Source: Candidatus Staskawiczbacteria bacterium (lineage in GTDB: Bacteria > Patescibacteriota > Minisyncoccia > Minisyncoccales > Staskawiczbacteraceae). From it: 64,000 nt of DNA. Positions 18,054 through 26,280 of the stretch are shown in pieces (positions within the stretch are counted from its first letter, which is position 1; every line of letters starts with the position of its first letter). The position numbers and the translations under genes were made by a program. The stretch is from NCBI GenBank assembly GCA_903835075.1, contig CAILLM010000004.1:16532-80531 (forward strand). The letters are read 5' to 3'. Under the pieces are notes generated by a model. That model searched no databases. It saw only the letters and a list, made by a program, of their open reading frames with translations, and was not told where the DNA came from.

Positions 18054-20492
18054 ATGTCAATTCTATCTAAAATTTTTGGAGATCCTAACGAAAAGTTTGT
18101 TAAAAGTCTTCAACCCATAATTGAGAAAATAAATTCTTTTGAGCCAGAATTTGAAAAGTTTTCGGCTGAACAATTAAAAGAAAAAACAAAAGAATTTAAA
18201 GAAAGGCTGGCAAAAGGCGAAACTTTGGATGAAATTTTACCAGAGGCTTTTGCATTGGTGCGTGAAGCTGGGAAAAGAACCTTAAACCAGCGTCATTTTG
18301 ATGTGCAAATGATTGGTGGAATTGTTTTACACCAAGGGAAAATTGCTGAAATGAAAACAGGAGAAGGTAAAACACTATCAGCAACTTTGCCAGCATATTT
18401 AAATGCCTTGGAGGGCAAGGGCGTACACATTGTAACAGTAAATGATTATTTGGCTAAAAGAGATATGGTTTGGATGGGGCAAGTTTTTGGTGCACTGGGT
18501 TTAACTACGGGTTGTATTGTTAATGAATCAGGGTATGTTTATGATGAGAACTACAAAGATGACTCGGTAGACAAAGAAAGAGACACAACTGGTAATTTTA
18601 AAGTAATTCAAAATTATTTAAAACCTGTTTCAAGGAAAGACGCTTACTCAGCAGACATTACTTATGGAACAAACAATGAATTTGGTTTTGATTATTTGCG
18701 TGACAATATGGTTTATGAAAAAAACCAAGAAGCCCAGCGTGGATATAATTTTGTTATTGTTGATGAGGTGGACTCAATTTTAATTGATGAGGCTCGCGTG
18801 CCCTTAATAATTTCTGGTGAAGCTGAAGAGGCAACTGATAAATATTATACCTTCGCAAAAGTAGTATCTGGTTTAGGGAAAGAAGAAGATTATAACCTTG
18901 ATGAAAAAATGAAGTCAGTTGTATTTACCGAACATGGTCAAAATAAAATTGTAAAAAATTTGGGATTTGACCCATGGTTAGACAATGATATTATTACAAC
19001 TCATCAATTAGAGTCTGCGTTAAAAGCAAAAGTTTTATTTTTAAAAGACAGAGATTATACTGTTAAAAATGGTGAGATTTTAATTATAGATGAATTCACT
19101 GGAAGAATTTTGCCTGGGCGTAGATGGTCTGCTGGATTGCATCAAGCTGTTGAAGCAAAAGAAAGTGTTGCTGTAAGGCCTGAGTCAATAACATTGGCTA
19201 CAATTACTTTCCAAAATTATTTTAGAATGTATAAAAAGTTGTCCGGCATGACAGGGACTGCTCTAACCTCCGCTGAAGAGTTTGATAAGGTTTATAAATT
19301 AGAGGTTGTAGCTATTCCCTCACACAGGCCAACAACAAGGCAAGATTTTGCGGATAAAGTTTTTAAAACAGAAGCTGGAAAATTTACAGCAGTTATAAAA
19401 GAAATTGAAGAGCTTCACAAAAAAGGTCAGCCAATTTTGGTTGGCACAAGATCTGTTGAAAGAAACGAATATTTAGGAAAATTATTAGAAGTTAGGGGGA
19501 TACCACATAATATTTTAAATGCTAAAAACCATGAAAGAGAAGGAGAAATTGTAGCCCAGGCCGGTAAAAAAGGGGCTGTAACAATTGCTACTAATATGGC
19601 AGGTCGTGGAGTAGATATTATTCTTGGTGGTAACCCACCAACTTCAGAGGAAACAGAAGAAGTAAAAAATATTGGTGGTTTGCATGTAATTGGAACCGAA
19701 AGGCATGACGCTAGAAGAATTGATAACCAGTTGCGTGGGAGGTCTGGCAGGCAGGGTGATCCGGGCTCTACACAATTTTTCGTTTCTTTAGAGGACGATT
19801 TAATGAGAATTTTTGGTGGTGAAAGAATCAAGAATTTAATGAATGCTCTAAAAATGCCAGAAGACGAACCCATCCAAGCGGGCGTAATTTCTGGTGCAAT
19901 TGAATCTGCTCAAGAAAAAATTGAAGGTTTTAATTTTGATGCCAGACATAATGTTTTGGAGTATGACGATGTTTTAAATAAACACAGAGAAATTATTTAT
20001 AAAAAAAGAAAAGAGTTTTTATCCGCCCAAGGCGGACCCGCCTCGGGCGGGGAAACTTCTAATTTAAAAGAGGTGATTTTAGGAATGTTCAAAAAAGCTG
20101 GGTTGTCGGAAGAAGATTACAATAAAAAACAACAAGAATTGGGTGAAGAAAATATGAAACAAATGGAAAGAGCTATTTGTTTGCGAGTTTTAGATTTGTT
20201 ATGGCAAGAACATTTATCTTACATGGACCACATAAGAGATTCTGTTAGGTTAAGAGCTTATGGTGGACGCGACCCCTTGGTAGAATATAAAAATGAAGGC
20301 CACAAAGCTTTTAGCGAATTATTGGCAACAATTGAAATTGAGATTGCCGAGAATATTTTAAAGGCCGGCATACAAAAAACACAGCCAGTTGCGCAATCGC
20401 ATGCAGTTGAGTCCGGTAAGCAGAAAATTGGTAGGAATGACCCATGCTGGTGTGGTAGTGGTAAAAAGTTTAAGCATTGTCACGGAAAATAA
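18054..20492 (+). CDS. secA: Preprotein translocase ATPase SecA
   Basis: Full-length match to SecA hallmarks: MKTGEGKTL Walker A, VIVDEVDSILIDEARVPLIISG, TNMAGRGVDI, and the C-terminal zinc motif CWCGSGKKFKHCHG. Confidence 0.97.
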   Translation: MSILSKIFGDPNEKFVKSLQPIIEKINSFEPEFEKFSAEQLKEKTKEFKERLAKGETLDEILPEAFALVREAGKRTLNQRHFDVQMIGGIVLHQGKIAEMKTGEGKTLSATLPAYLNALEGKGVHIVTVNDYLAKRDMVWMGQVFGALGLTTGCIVNESGYVYDENYKDDSVDKERDTTGNFKVIQNYLKPVSRKDAYSADITYGTNNEFGFDYLRDNMVYEKNQEAQRGYNFVIVDEVDSILIDEARVPLIISGEAEEATDKYYTFAKVVSGLGKEEDYNLDEKMKSVVFTEHGQNKIVKNLGFDPWLDNDIITTHQLESALKAKVLFLKDRDYTVKNGEILIIDEFTGRILPGRRWSAGLHQAVEAKESVAVRPESITLATITFQNYFRMYKKLSGMTGTALTSAEEFDKVYKLEVVAIPSHRPTTRQDFADKVFKTEAGKFTAVIKEIEELHKKGQPILVGTRSVERNEYLGKLLEVRGIPHNILNAKNHEREGEIVAQAGKKGAVTIATNMAGRGVDIILGGNPPTSEETEEVKNIGGLHVIGTERHDARRIDNQLRGRSGRQGDPGSTQFFVSLEDDLMRIFGGERIKNLMNALKMPEDEPIQAGVISGAIESAQEKIEGFNFDARHNVLEYDDVLNKHREIIYKKRKEFLSAQGGPASGGETSNLKEVILGMFKKAGLSEEDYNKKQQELGEENMKQMERAICLRVLDLLWQEHLSYMDHIRDSVRLRAYGGRDPLVEYKNEGHKAFSELLATIEIEIAENILKAGIQKTQPVAQSHAVESGKQKIGRNDPCWCGSGKKFKHCHGK

Positions 20493-20517
20493 TTTTAAAA
20501 TTAATTAAAAAAATTTT

Positions 20518-20748
20518 ATGATAATTAATCCAGAGAGAAGTGAGACTCAGCCCTCAATAGATAAAAAACAAGCTGAGGTTCAAATTCGTGCAATGTTGCA
20601 ATATATGCATACAATGGGAGCCGTTAGCAATGAATCGTCTGATATACAAAAAATTTTAGAACAACTCAAAGATGACAGTGTCACGCCAGAAGGCGCCGTA
20701 GAAATGGCCAGGCAAGTAGAGATGAGCAGGCAAGAAAACTATCATTAA
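20518..20748 (+). CDS. Hypothetical small protein
   Basis: 76 aa ORF in the gap between secA and the next gene. No recognisable motif. Confidence 0.4.
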   Translation: MIINPERSETQPSIDKKQAEVQIRAMLQYMHTMGAVSNESSDIQKILEQLKDDSVTPEGAVEMARQVEMSRQENYH

Positions 20749-20757
20749 AATTTTTAG

Positions 20758-21633
20758 ATGAAAATATATAAGGTTTTAATTTTTGTTTTGATTGTGTTGG
20801 CGTTTATAGCAGGTGCATATTACAGAGATGACGTTGTAAAATTTTACAATAGTTTAAATAAAAAAGTTCAGGAGGTTAAAACTACAGATATTGGGCAGGT
20901 TTTGAATCAGGCCTCAAAAGAGCTTTCAACTCCGCCACCACTAACTGCTTATAAAAATATAGACTCAGCGGTTTTATTGCAAAGTAAAATTATTTCAGAA
21001 ACAAATTTGCAACGGCAACAAAATGGGAATTTATTACCCCTGAAAGAGAATAAAAATCTTAACGACACAGCTTTCGCAAAAGCCAATGATATATTGTTGA
21101 AACAATATTTTGAACACATTTCTCCCGCGGGAGTAGGACCTGGAGATTTGGCACAAAAATATGGTTATGAGTATATAGTTGAAGGCGAAAATTTAATTTT
21201 AGGAAATTTTTCTTCAGAAGAAGAAGTTGTGCAAGATTGGATGAATAGCCCAGGTCACCGTGCAAATATTTTAAATGTAAGGTACACAGAAATTGGAGTG
21301 GCAATAATAAAAGGAATTTATAAAGGCGAAACAGTTTGGGTTGGCGTGCAAGAATTTGGGTTGCCATTGTCTTCATGCGTTCAGCCGAATGTAAGCTTAA
21401 AAAACCAAATTGATGATAATAATGAGCAATTGAATGTCTTAATTACCCAACTTAATGAAGGCAAAAACCAAATTGATAACACTAATCATGATTCGCCAGC
21501 TTATAGTCAAATGATTGATGACTACAATAAATTAGTTGCACAATATAATTCTTTGGCCGACGAAACAAAATCAATTGTTGCAAAATATAACGTACAAGTT
21601 AATAATTTTAATAATTGTGTGGCAGGAACATGA
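20758..21633 (+). CDS. Membrane-anchored CAP/SCP (PR-1-like) domain protein
   Basis: N-terminal TM helix, then the CAP-domain signature WMNSPGHRANILNVRYTEIGVA. Confidence 0.75.
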   Translation: MKIYKVLIFVLIVLAFIAGAYYRDDVVKFYNSLNKKVQEVKTTDIGQVLNQASKELSTPPPLTAYKNIDSAVLLQSKIISETNLQRQQNGNLLPLKENKNLNDTAFAKANDILLKQYFEHISPAGVGPGDLAQKYGYEYIVEGENLILGNFSSEEEVVQDWMNSPGHRANILNVRYTEIGVAIIKGIYKGETVWVGVQEFGLPLSSCVQPNVSLKNQIDDNNEQLNVLITQLNEGKNQIDNTNHDSPAYSQMIDDYNKLVAQYNSLADETKSIVAKYNVQVNNFNNCVAGT

Positions 21634-21851
21634 TAAAAATTGGTAAATATAAACATTTTAAGGGTGATTTAGTGGAAGTGGTAGGCAAGGCACGTCATAG
21701 TGAAACTTTAGAAGAGTTTGTAGTTTATAAGCATATAACAGGCAAACATGCAGGCGAAGAAGATTATTGGGTTCGACCAGTAAAAATGTTTCTAGAAGAA
21801 GTGGAAATTAATAGTGAAAAAGTTTTACGATTTAAATTTATAAAAAAATGA
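21630..21851 (+). CDS. DUF1653-like small protein
   Basis: YKHFKGDLVEVVGKARHSETLEEFVVYKH ... YWVRPVKMF pattern. I moved the start to ATG 21630 (ATGA overlap with the upstream stop). Confidence 0.6.
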   Translation: MIKIGKYKHFKGDLVEVVGKARHSETLEEFVVYKHITGKHAGEEDYWVRPVKMFLEEVEINSEKVLRFKFIKK

Positions 21852-22306
21852 AAATTGCAATTGTAGCAGATACACATAATAATTGGGCAAATTTTGAAAA
21901 GGCTATTAAGTGGATTAAAAGTCAAGAAATCCAGTTAATTTTGCATTGCGGAGATGTTTGTAATCAAAGAACAGTTGATGACGCTTTAAAATTATTTGGT
22001 GCAGACATAGAGTTTGTAAAAGGAAATGGCGACTGGGATTTGGAGTTTCCAGATAAAATGGAAATAGAGGTGGAGGGCAAAGAAATTGCATTTACTCATT
22101 TTCCAGATATTGCAAAAAAATTAGCGCAATCAAAAAAATATGATTTGGTTTTTTATGGTCATACACATAGGCCTTGGGATGAAAAAATTGGAAAAACCCA
22201 TATGATAAATCCCGGTGAATTGGCGGGTCAGTTTTATAAAGCTTCTTTTGCGGTTTATGATACGGAAACAGAAAAGTTAGAACTAAAAATATTAGAAAAA
22301 TTGTAG
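21848..22306 (+). CDS. YfcE/MJ0936-family metallophosphoesterase
   Basis: IAIVADTHNN, HCGDV, GNGDWD, GHTHRPW metal-ligand motifs. Confidence 0.8.
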   Translation: MKIAIVADTHNNWANFEKAIKWIKSQEIQLILHCGDVCNQRTVDDALKLFGADIEFVKGNGDWDLEFPDKMEIEVEGKEIAFTHFPDIAKKLAQSKKYDLVFYGHTHRPWDEKIGKTHMINPGELAGQFYKASFAVYDTETEKLELKILEKL

Positions 22307-22326
22307 TCAGATTTGTAGGGTAATGT

Positions 22327-22355
22327 TTGACTATTTTGGCAGTTAGAGATATAAT
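22327..22355 (+). promoter_or_regulatory. Sigma70-type promoter for secD (TTGACT-N17-TATAAT)
   Basis: -35 ttgact at 22327-22332, a 17-nt spacer, and -10 tataat at 22350-22355. Confidence 0.55.
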
Positions 22356-22381
22356 ATCATTATTAAAAAGTAATACTTAAT

Positions 22382-23803
22382 ATGCAACAGAAACACTATA
22401 TTTTTATTGGAGTTTTAATCTTGGCAGTATTAGCCGGGATTTTTTCATATCCAAATTATTATAACAAAGGGACAGATTTTTTAAATAAAAAATTATCCTG
22501 GACTCTTCCTCATTTTCCTGAAAAACCATATGTTTTAGGGTTAGATTTGCAGGGCGGAGTAAGTTTGGTTTACCAAGCAGATTTAAGCACAATTTCTGAT
22601 AAAGCAACAGCTATGTCTGGGTTAAGAGATATAATTGAAAGAAGAGTCAATATGTTTGGAGTTTCCGAGCCAGTTGTCCAAATTCAAGGAACCGACAGAT
22701 TATTGGTAGAGTTGCCAGGAGTCACAAATGTTCAGCAAGCAATTCAAATGATAGGAGAAACTCCCTATTTAGAATTTGATGAACAAAGAACAGCTGATGA
22801 AGCAAAGGTAATTACAGATAAAATAAAAGAAGTCCAAGACGCAATAACAAAAAAAGCAGATTATACAAAAATTAAAGATTGGCAGTTGGCTTTGCAAAAT
22901 CCAAATTTTAAACCAACTGAATTAACAGGTAAATATCTAACAAAAGCTATTGTTCAATTTGACCAAACAACTTATAAGCCACAAATTCAATTGCAGTTTA
23001 ATGATGCAGGAGCTCAACTTTTTGCTGACATAACAGCTAGAAACATCAAGAAACCAATAGAAATTCTTTTAGATGGAGCTTCTATCATAGATACAAATGG
23101 AGATGGAAAAATTGATATTCAAGACCAATATGCCCCAATTGTTCAAGATAAAATAACAGGTGGAAAAGCAATAATTACAGGAGATATGACAAACCAAGTT
23201 GCTAATTCTTTGGCTTCAAGGTTAAATTCAGGAGCTTTGCCCGTAAAGATTGGTTCTCCTATTTCTCAAGAAACAGTTGGGCCTACTTTAGGCTCAGTGT
23301 CTCTTCAGAAGTCGCTCGTAGCGGCCCTATACGGCCTACTGGCAGTTGTTATTTTTATGGTGGTATTTTATAGGTTTCCGGGGTTACTAGCCAGCTTGGC
23401 CCTTGTAATCTACGTAGCAATAACCTTGGCCTTATTTAAGCTGATTCCTGTAACAATGACATTGTCGGGTATAGGAGGGTTTATTCTTTCTATAGGTATG
23501 GCAGTTGATGCTAATATTCTTATTTTCGCCAGAATGAAAGAAGAAATAAATTTAGGCAAAGGATTAGAGCAAGCAATAGAAGAGGGCTTTAGAAGAGCTT
23601 GGCCATCTATTCGCGATTCAAACCTCAATTCCTTAATTGTTTGTTTAATTTTATTTATTGTTGCAACTTCGTTTATCAAAGGATTTGCATTTACTTTAGC
23701 ATTGGGTATAATTGTAAGTTTATTCTCGGCAATATTCATAACAAGAATTTTCTTAATGGTTTTTGTCGGCAAGTGGGCTGAAAAAGCTAAATGGATTCTT
23801 TAA
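22382..23803 (+). CDS. secD: Protein translocase subunit SecD
   Basis: LGLDLQGGVSLVYQAD, RVNMFGVSEPVVQIQG, C-terminal six-TM block with ILSIGMAVDANILIFARMKEE. Confidence 0.92.
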   Translation: MQQKHYIFIGVLILAVLAGIFSYPNYYNKGTDFLNKKLSWTLPHFPEKPYVLGLDLQGGVSLVYQADLSTISDKATAMSGLRDIIERRVNMFGVSEPVVQIQGTDRLLVELPGVTNVQQAIQMIGETPYLEFDEQRTADEAKVITDKIKEVQDAITKKADYTKIKDWQLALQNPNFKPTELTGKYLTKAIVQFDQTTYKPQIQLQFNDAGAQLFADITARNIKKPIEILLDGASIIDTNGDGKIDIQDQYAPIVQDKITGGKAIITGDMTNQVANSLASRLNSGALPVKIGSPISQETVGPTLGSVSLQKSLVAALYGLLAVVIFMVVFYRFPGLLASLALVIYVAITLALFKLIPVTMTLSGIGGFILSIGMAVDANILIFARMKEEINLGKGLEQAIEEGFRRAWPSIRDSNLNSLIVCLILFIVATSFIKGFAFTLALGIIVSLFSAIFITRIFLMVFVGKWAEKAKWIL

Positions 23804-23943
23804 ATTACGCTCGGTAATAAACTTTTTTCTTCGCTCGCCAAATCAAATTTTTGCTCGTCGGGGGAATGTCCCAAGGGCGATTACTCCTTCTCCAAAAATT
23901 TATTTGCCTCGCTTAAAAGTTTATTGTCTCGCTTCATTATTAT
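23804..23943 (+). repeat. Intergenic repeat element, copy A (CGCTCGG...CTTTTTTCTTCG ... TTATTGCCTCGCTT family)
   Basis: Both of its ends match the 56570-56663 spacer. It also contains an internal tandem of tatttgcctcgctt (23901-23914) and ttattgtctcgctt (23921-23934). Confidence 0.5.
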
Positions 23944-24849
23944 ATGCAATTTAATTTTACAAAGTATTCAAAAATATATTATATTATCTCAGGGATTTTA
24001 ATAGTTGGTGCAATTGTTTCACTGTCTATGTTTGGTTTGAAATTTGGAATTGAATTTGTTGGCGGAAGCAACATGGAAGTGAGTTTCCAAAATGCCAGAC
24101 CTTCAAATGAAGCAATCCAAAATGCAATAAAAGGTTTTGACTTAGGTGGAGTTACAGTCCAACCAACAGGAGCAAGTGGTGCTATTTTGCAATTTAAGGG
24201 TGTAGATGAAGCCACTCATCAGCAAATATTGGCCATGTTAAATAACCTAGCCCCAGTTACAGAAAAAAGCTTTCAATACATCGGGCCTTCAATTGGTCAG
24301 GAATTAAGAAACAAAACAGAAGTGGCAATTGCGTTAGCGTTGTTAGCAATTACCTTATATATAGCTTTTGCTTTTAGAAAAGTTTCTAGACCTGTTAATT
24401 CTTGGAAATATGGAGTAGCTTCATTGGTGGCATTATTTCATGATGTGTTAATACCAATTGGTGTTTTCTCTATTTTAGGAAAACTTTATAATGTTGAAAT
24501 CACAATTCCAATTGTTGCTGCATTGCTAACAATTTTGGGTTTCTCGGTACACGATACGATTGTTATTTTTGATAGAATTAGAGAAAACATTTTAAGAAGG
24601 GGAATGGGACAATTTGAAGAAACAGTAAACTTAAGCTTGTCTCAAACTTTAGGCAGATCTATTAGTACAGTTCTAACAGTTGAGTTTGTGCTTTTATCGC
24701 TTTATTTTTTTGGCGGAGAAACTTTAAAATACTTTGCCTTAGCCCTTATAATTGGTATTACTTCAGGGGCATATTCTTCTATATTTATTGCTAGCCCCGT
24801 GCTTGTGTCGTGGTATAAAAGAGCTGCTAAAAAAGAGGCAAAAAAATAG
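23944..24849 (+). CDS. secF: Protein translocase subunit SecF
   Basis: GIEFVGGS, SIGQELRNK, HDVLIPIGVFSI, GFSVHDTIVIFDRIREN. Confidence 0.92.
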   Translation: MQFNFTKYSKIYYIISGILIVGAIVSLSMFGLKFGIEFVGGSNMEVSFQNARPSNEAIQNAIKGFDLGGVTVQPTGASGAILQFKGVDEATHQQILAMLNNLAPVTEKSFQYIGPSIGQELRNKTEVAIALALLAITLYIAFAFRKVSRPVNSWKYGVASLVALFHDVLIPIGVFSILGKLYNVEITIPIVAALLTILGFSVHDTIVIFDRIRENILRRGMGQFEETVNLSLSQTLGRSISTVLTVEFVLLSLYFFGGETLKYFALALIIGITSGAYSSIFIASPVLVSWYKRAAKKEAKK

Positions 24850-24873
24850 TGCTTCTGGGCTGATAGCCCACTA

Positions 24874-24902
24874 TTGACATTGTTTGATTAATATGATAAA
24901 CT
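24874..24902 (+). promoter_or_regulatory. Promoter TTGACA-N17-TAAACT with TG extension
   Basis: ttgaca at 24874-24879 and tgataaact at 24894-24902, about 28 nt upstream of ATG 24931. Confidence 0.45.
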
Positions 24903-24930
24903 AATTAAATAGATTAAATAACCTTAAGAA

Positions 24931-25959
24931 ATGAACAAAACTAACTATTCGCAAATATATCAAAAGCTTACCAAAGGTCTTAGCCCAAAAACTAAGGACA
25001 TTTTTGATGCCAGATTTGGTGTTAAGGGTGCAGAGCCAGAAACCTTAGACTCAATTGGTAAAAAATTGGGTATCACCCGTGAAAGAGTTCGTCAAATAGA
25101 GGAAGTTGGTTTTAATTATGTAAGAAAGAATAATAAAGATACTTTAGATGCTATTTATGCTGAGTTTGCAGATTACTTTAAACAGCATGGAGGATTTAAA
25201 AAAGAAGATAAGGTTTTGGAAGAATTAGGTGGTAAAAATCAAAAACCATATGTTTTATTTTTATTAACTTTAGGTGAGCAATTTTCAAAAGTCTGTGAGA
25301 AAAAAGATTACCATTATTTTTGGTCTAATATTCCAGATGCTCAAGTAAAAGTTAAGGCTATGTTGGCTTCTTTGGTTTCACAAATGCAAAAAATTGGGAA
25401 ACCAATTTCTGAGAAATCTTTTTATACGGAAGTTGCCTCAAAACAAGGTATTTCTCAACCAGCTACATTTTCCAGTTTAGAGGTTTCAAAAAGAATTCAG
25501 CCTAATAAAGAAAATGGTTTAGGGTTGGTAGAATGGCCAGAAATAAAACCAAGAGGCGTAAAAGACAAAGCATTTTTGGTTTTTAAAAAACATGCAAAAC
25601 CTTTGCATTTCACTGAAGTTGCAAAATTGATTGATACTTCTGACTACAACATGCCAAACAAAAAAACCTATCCACAAACAGTTCATAATGAATTAATTAA
25701 AGATGCAAGATTTGTTTTGGTGGGGCGTGGAACTTACGCATTGTCAGAATGGGGATATGTTCCTGGAACCATAAAAGACATAATCACAAAAGTGTTAAAA
25801 GATAAAAATACACCAACCCATAAAGACGAAGTTGTAAAAGCGGTATTAGCTCAAAGATTGGTTGCAAAAAATACAGTGTTGATGAATCTAAACAATAAAA
25901 AACATTTTGATAAAGATGCAGGTGATAATTATTTCTTAAAAGGAGTAAAACAAAGTTAA
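24931..25959 (+). CDS. DNA-binding protein with a sigma-70 region-4-like HTH plus a C-terminal HARE-HTH-like domain
   Basis: LDSIGKKLGITRERVRQIEE is a classic sigma region 4.2 HTH. The C-terminal PLHFTEVAKLI ... VHNELIKDARFVLVGRGTYALSEWGY resembles the HARE-HTH / RNAP delta N-terminal fold. Confidence 0.55.
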   Translation: MNKTNYSQIYQKLTKGLSPKTKDIFDARFGVKGAEPETLDSIGKKLGITRERVRQIEEVGFNYVRKNNKDTLDAIYAEFADYFKQHGGFKKEDKVLEELGGKNQKPYVLFLLTLGEQFSKVCEKKDYHYFWSNIPDAQVKVKAMLASLVSQMQKIGKPISEKSFYTEVASKQGISQPATFSSLEVSKRIQPNKENGLGLVEWPEIKPRGVKDKAFLVFKKHAKPLHFTEVAKLIDTSDYNMPNKKTYPQTVHNELIKDARFVLVGRGTYALSEWGYVPGTIKDIITKVLKDKNTPTHKDEVVKAVLAQRLVAKNTVLMNLNNKKHFDKDAGDNYFLKGVKQS

Positions 25960-25962
25960 ATC

Positions 25963-25989
25963 AAAAACCACCCCCTTGGGTGGTTTTTT
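25963..25989 (+). terminator. Rho-independent terminator
   Basis: aaaaaccaccc / gggtggttttt stem with loop cctt, followed by a T-run. Confidence 0.75.
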
Positions 25990-26006
25990 GTTGTATGCTT
26001 CTGGGG

Positions 26007-26035
26007 TTGCTTGCGCTATTTTATTAAGATATAAT
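26007..26035 (+). promoter_or_regulatory. Promoter TTGCTT-N17-TATAAT in front of the 26-38 kb locus
   Basis: ttgctt at 26007-26012, a 17-nt spacer, and tataat at 26030-26035, 20 nt before ATG 26056. Confidence 0.5.
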
Positions 26036-26055
26036 AATATAATAAATAAAATAAT

Positions 26056-26280
26056 ATGAGCTTACTTGTTATTGGCCTAACCACTTTGCTTGTTTCAACA
26101 GCAGTATTCTATATTGTTTTGTTTTCATTTATATATTATTGGCATTTAACAAAAATTACTTTTGTTGTTGTGCCACTTATTTTTACTTTTGAATTTTTTA
26201 TTACAGGATTTTTTGTTGTGGCAATAGTTTCCATTATTCTTAATTACTTACCAGACTTAATAAAAGTCATAGGATTATAA
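26056..26280 (+). CDS. Small polytopic membrane protein (about 3 TM), function unknown
   Basis: 74 aa and almost entirely hydrophobic. Its stop overlaps the next start (TAATG), which suggests translational coupling. Confidence 0.6.
   Translation: MSLLVIGLTTLLVSTAVFYIVLFSFIYYWHLTKITFVVVPLIFTFEFFITGFFVVAIVSIILNYLPDLIKVIGL

Noticed and set aside
19427-19873. 148-aa minus-strand ORF inside secA
   Set aside because: It is antisense to the most conserved part of SecA, with no motifs. It is a shadow ORF.
23763-23954. 63-aa + strand ORF across the secD-secF spacer
   Set aside because: It starts inside secD in another frame and merely reads through the repeat element. No coding signal.
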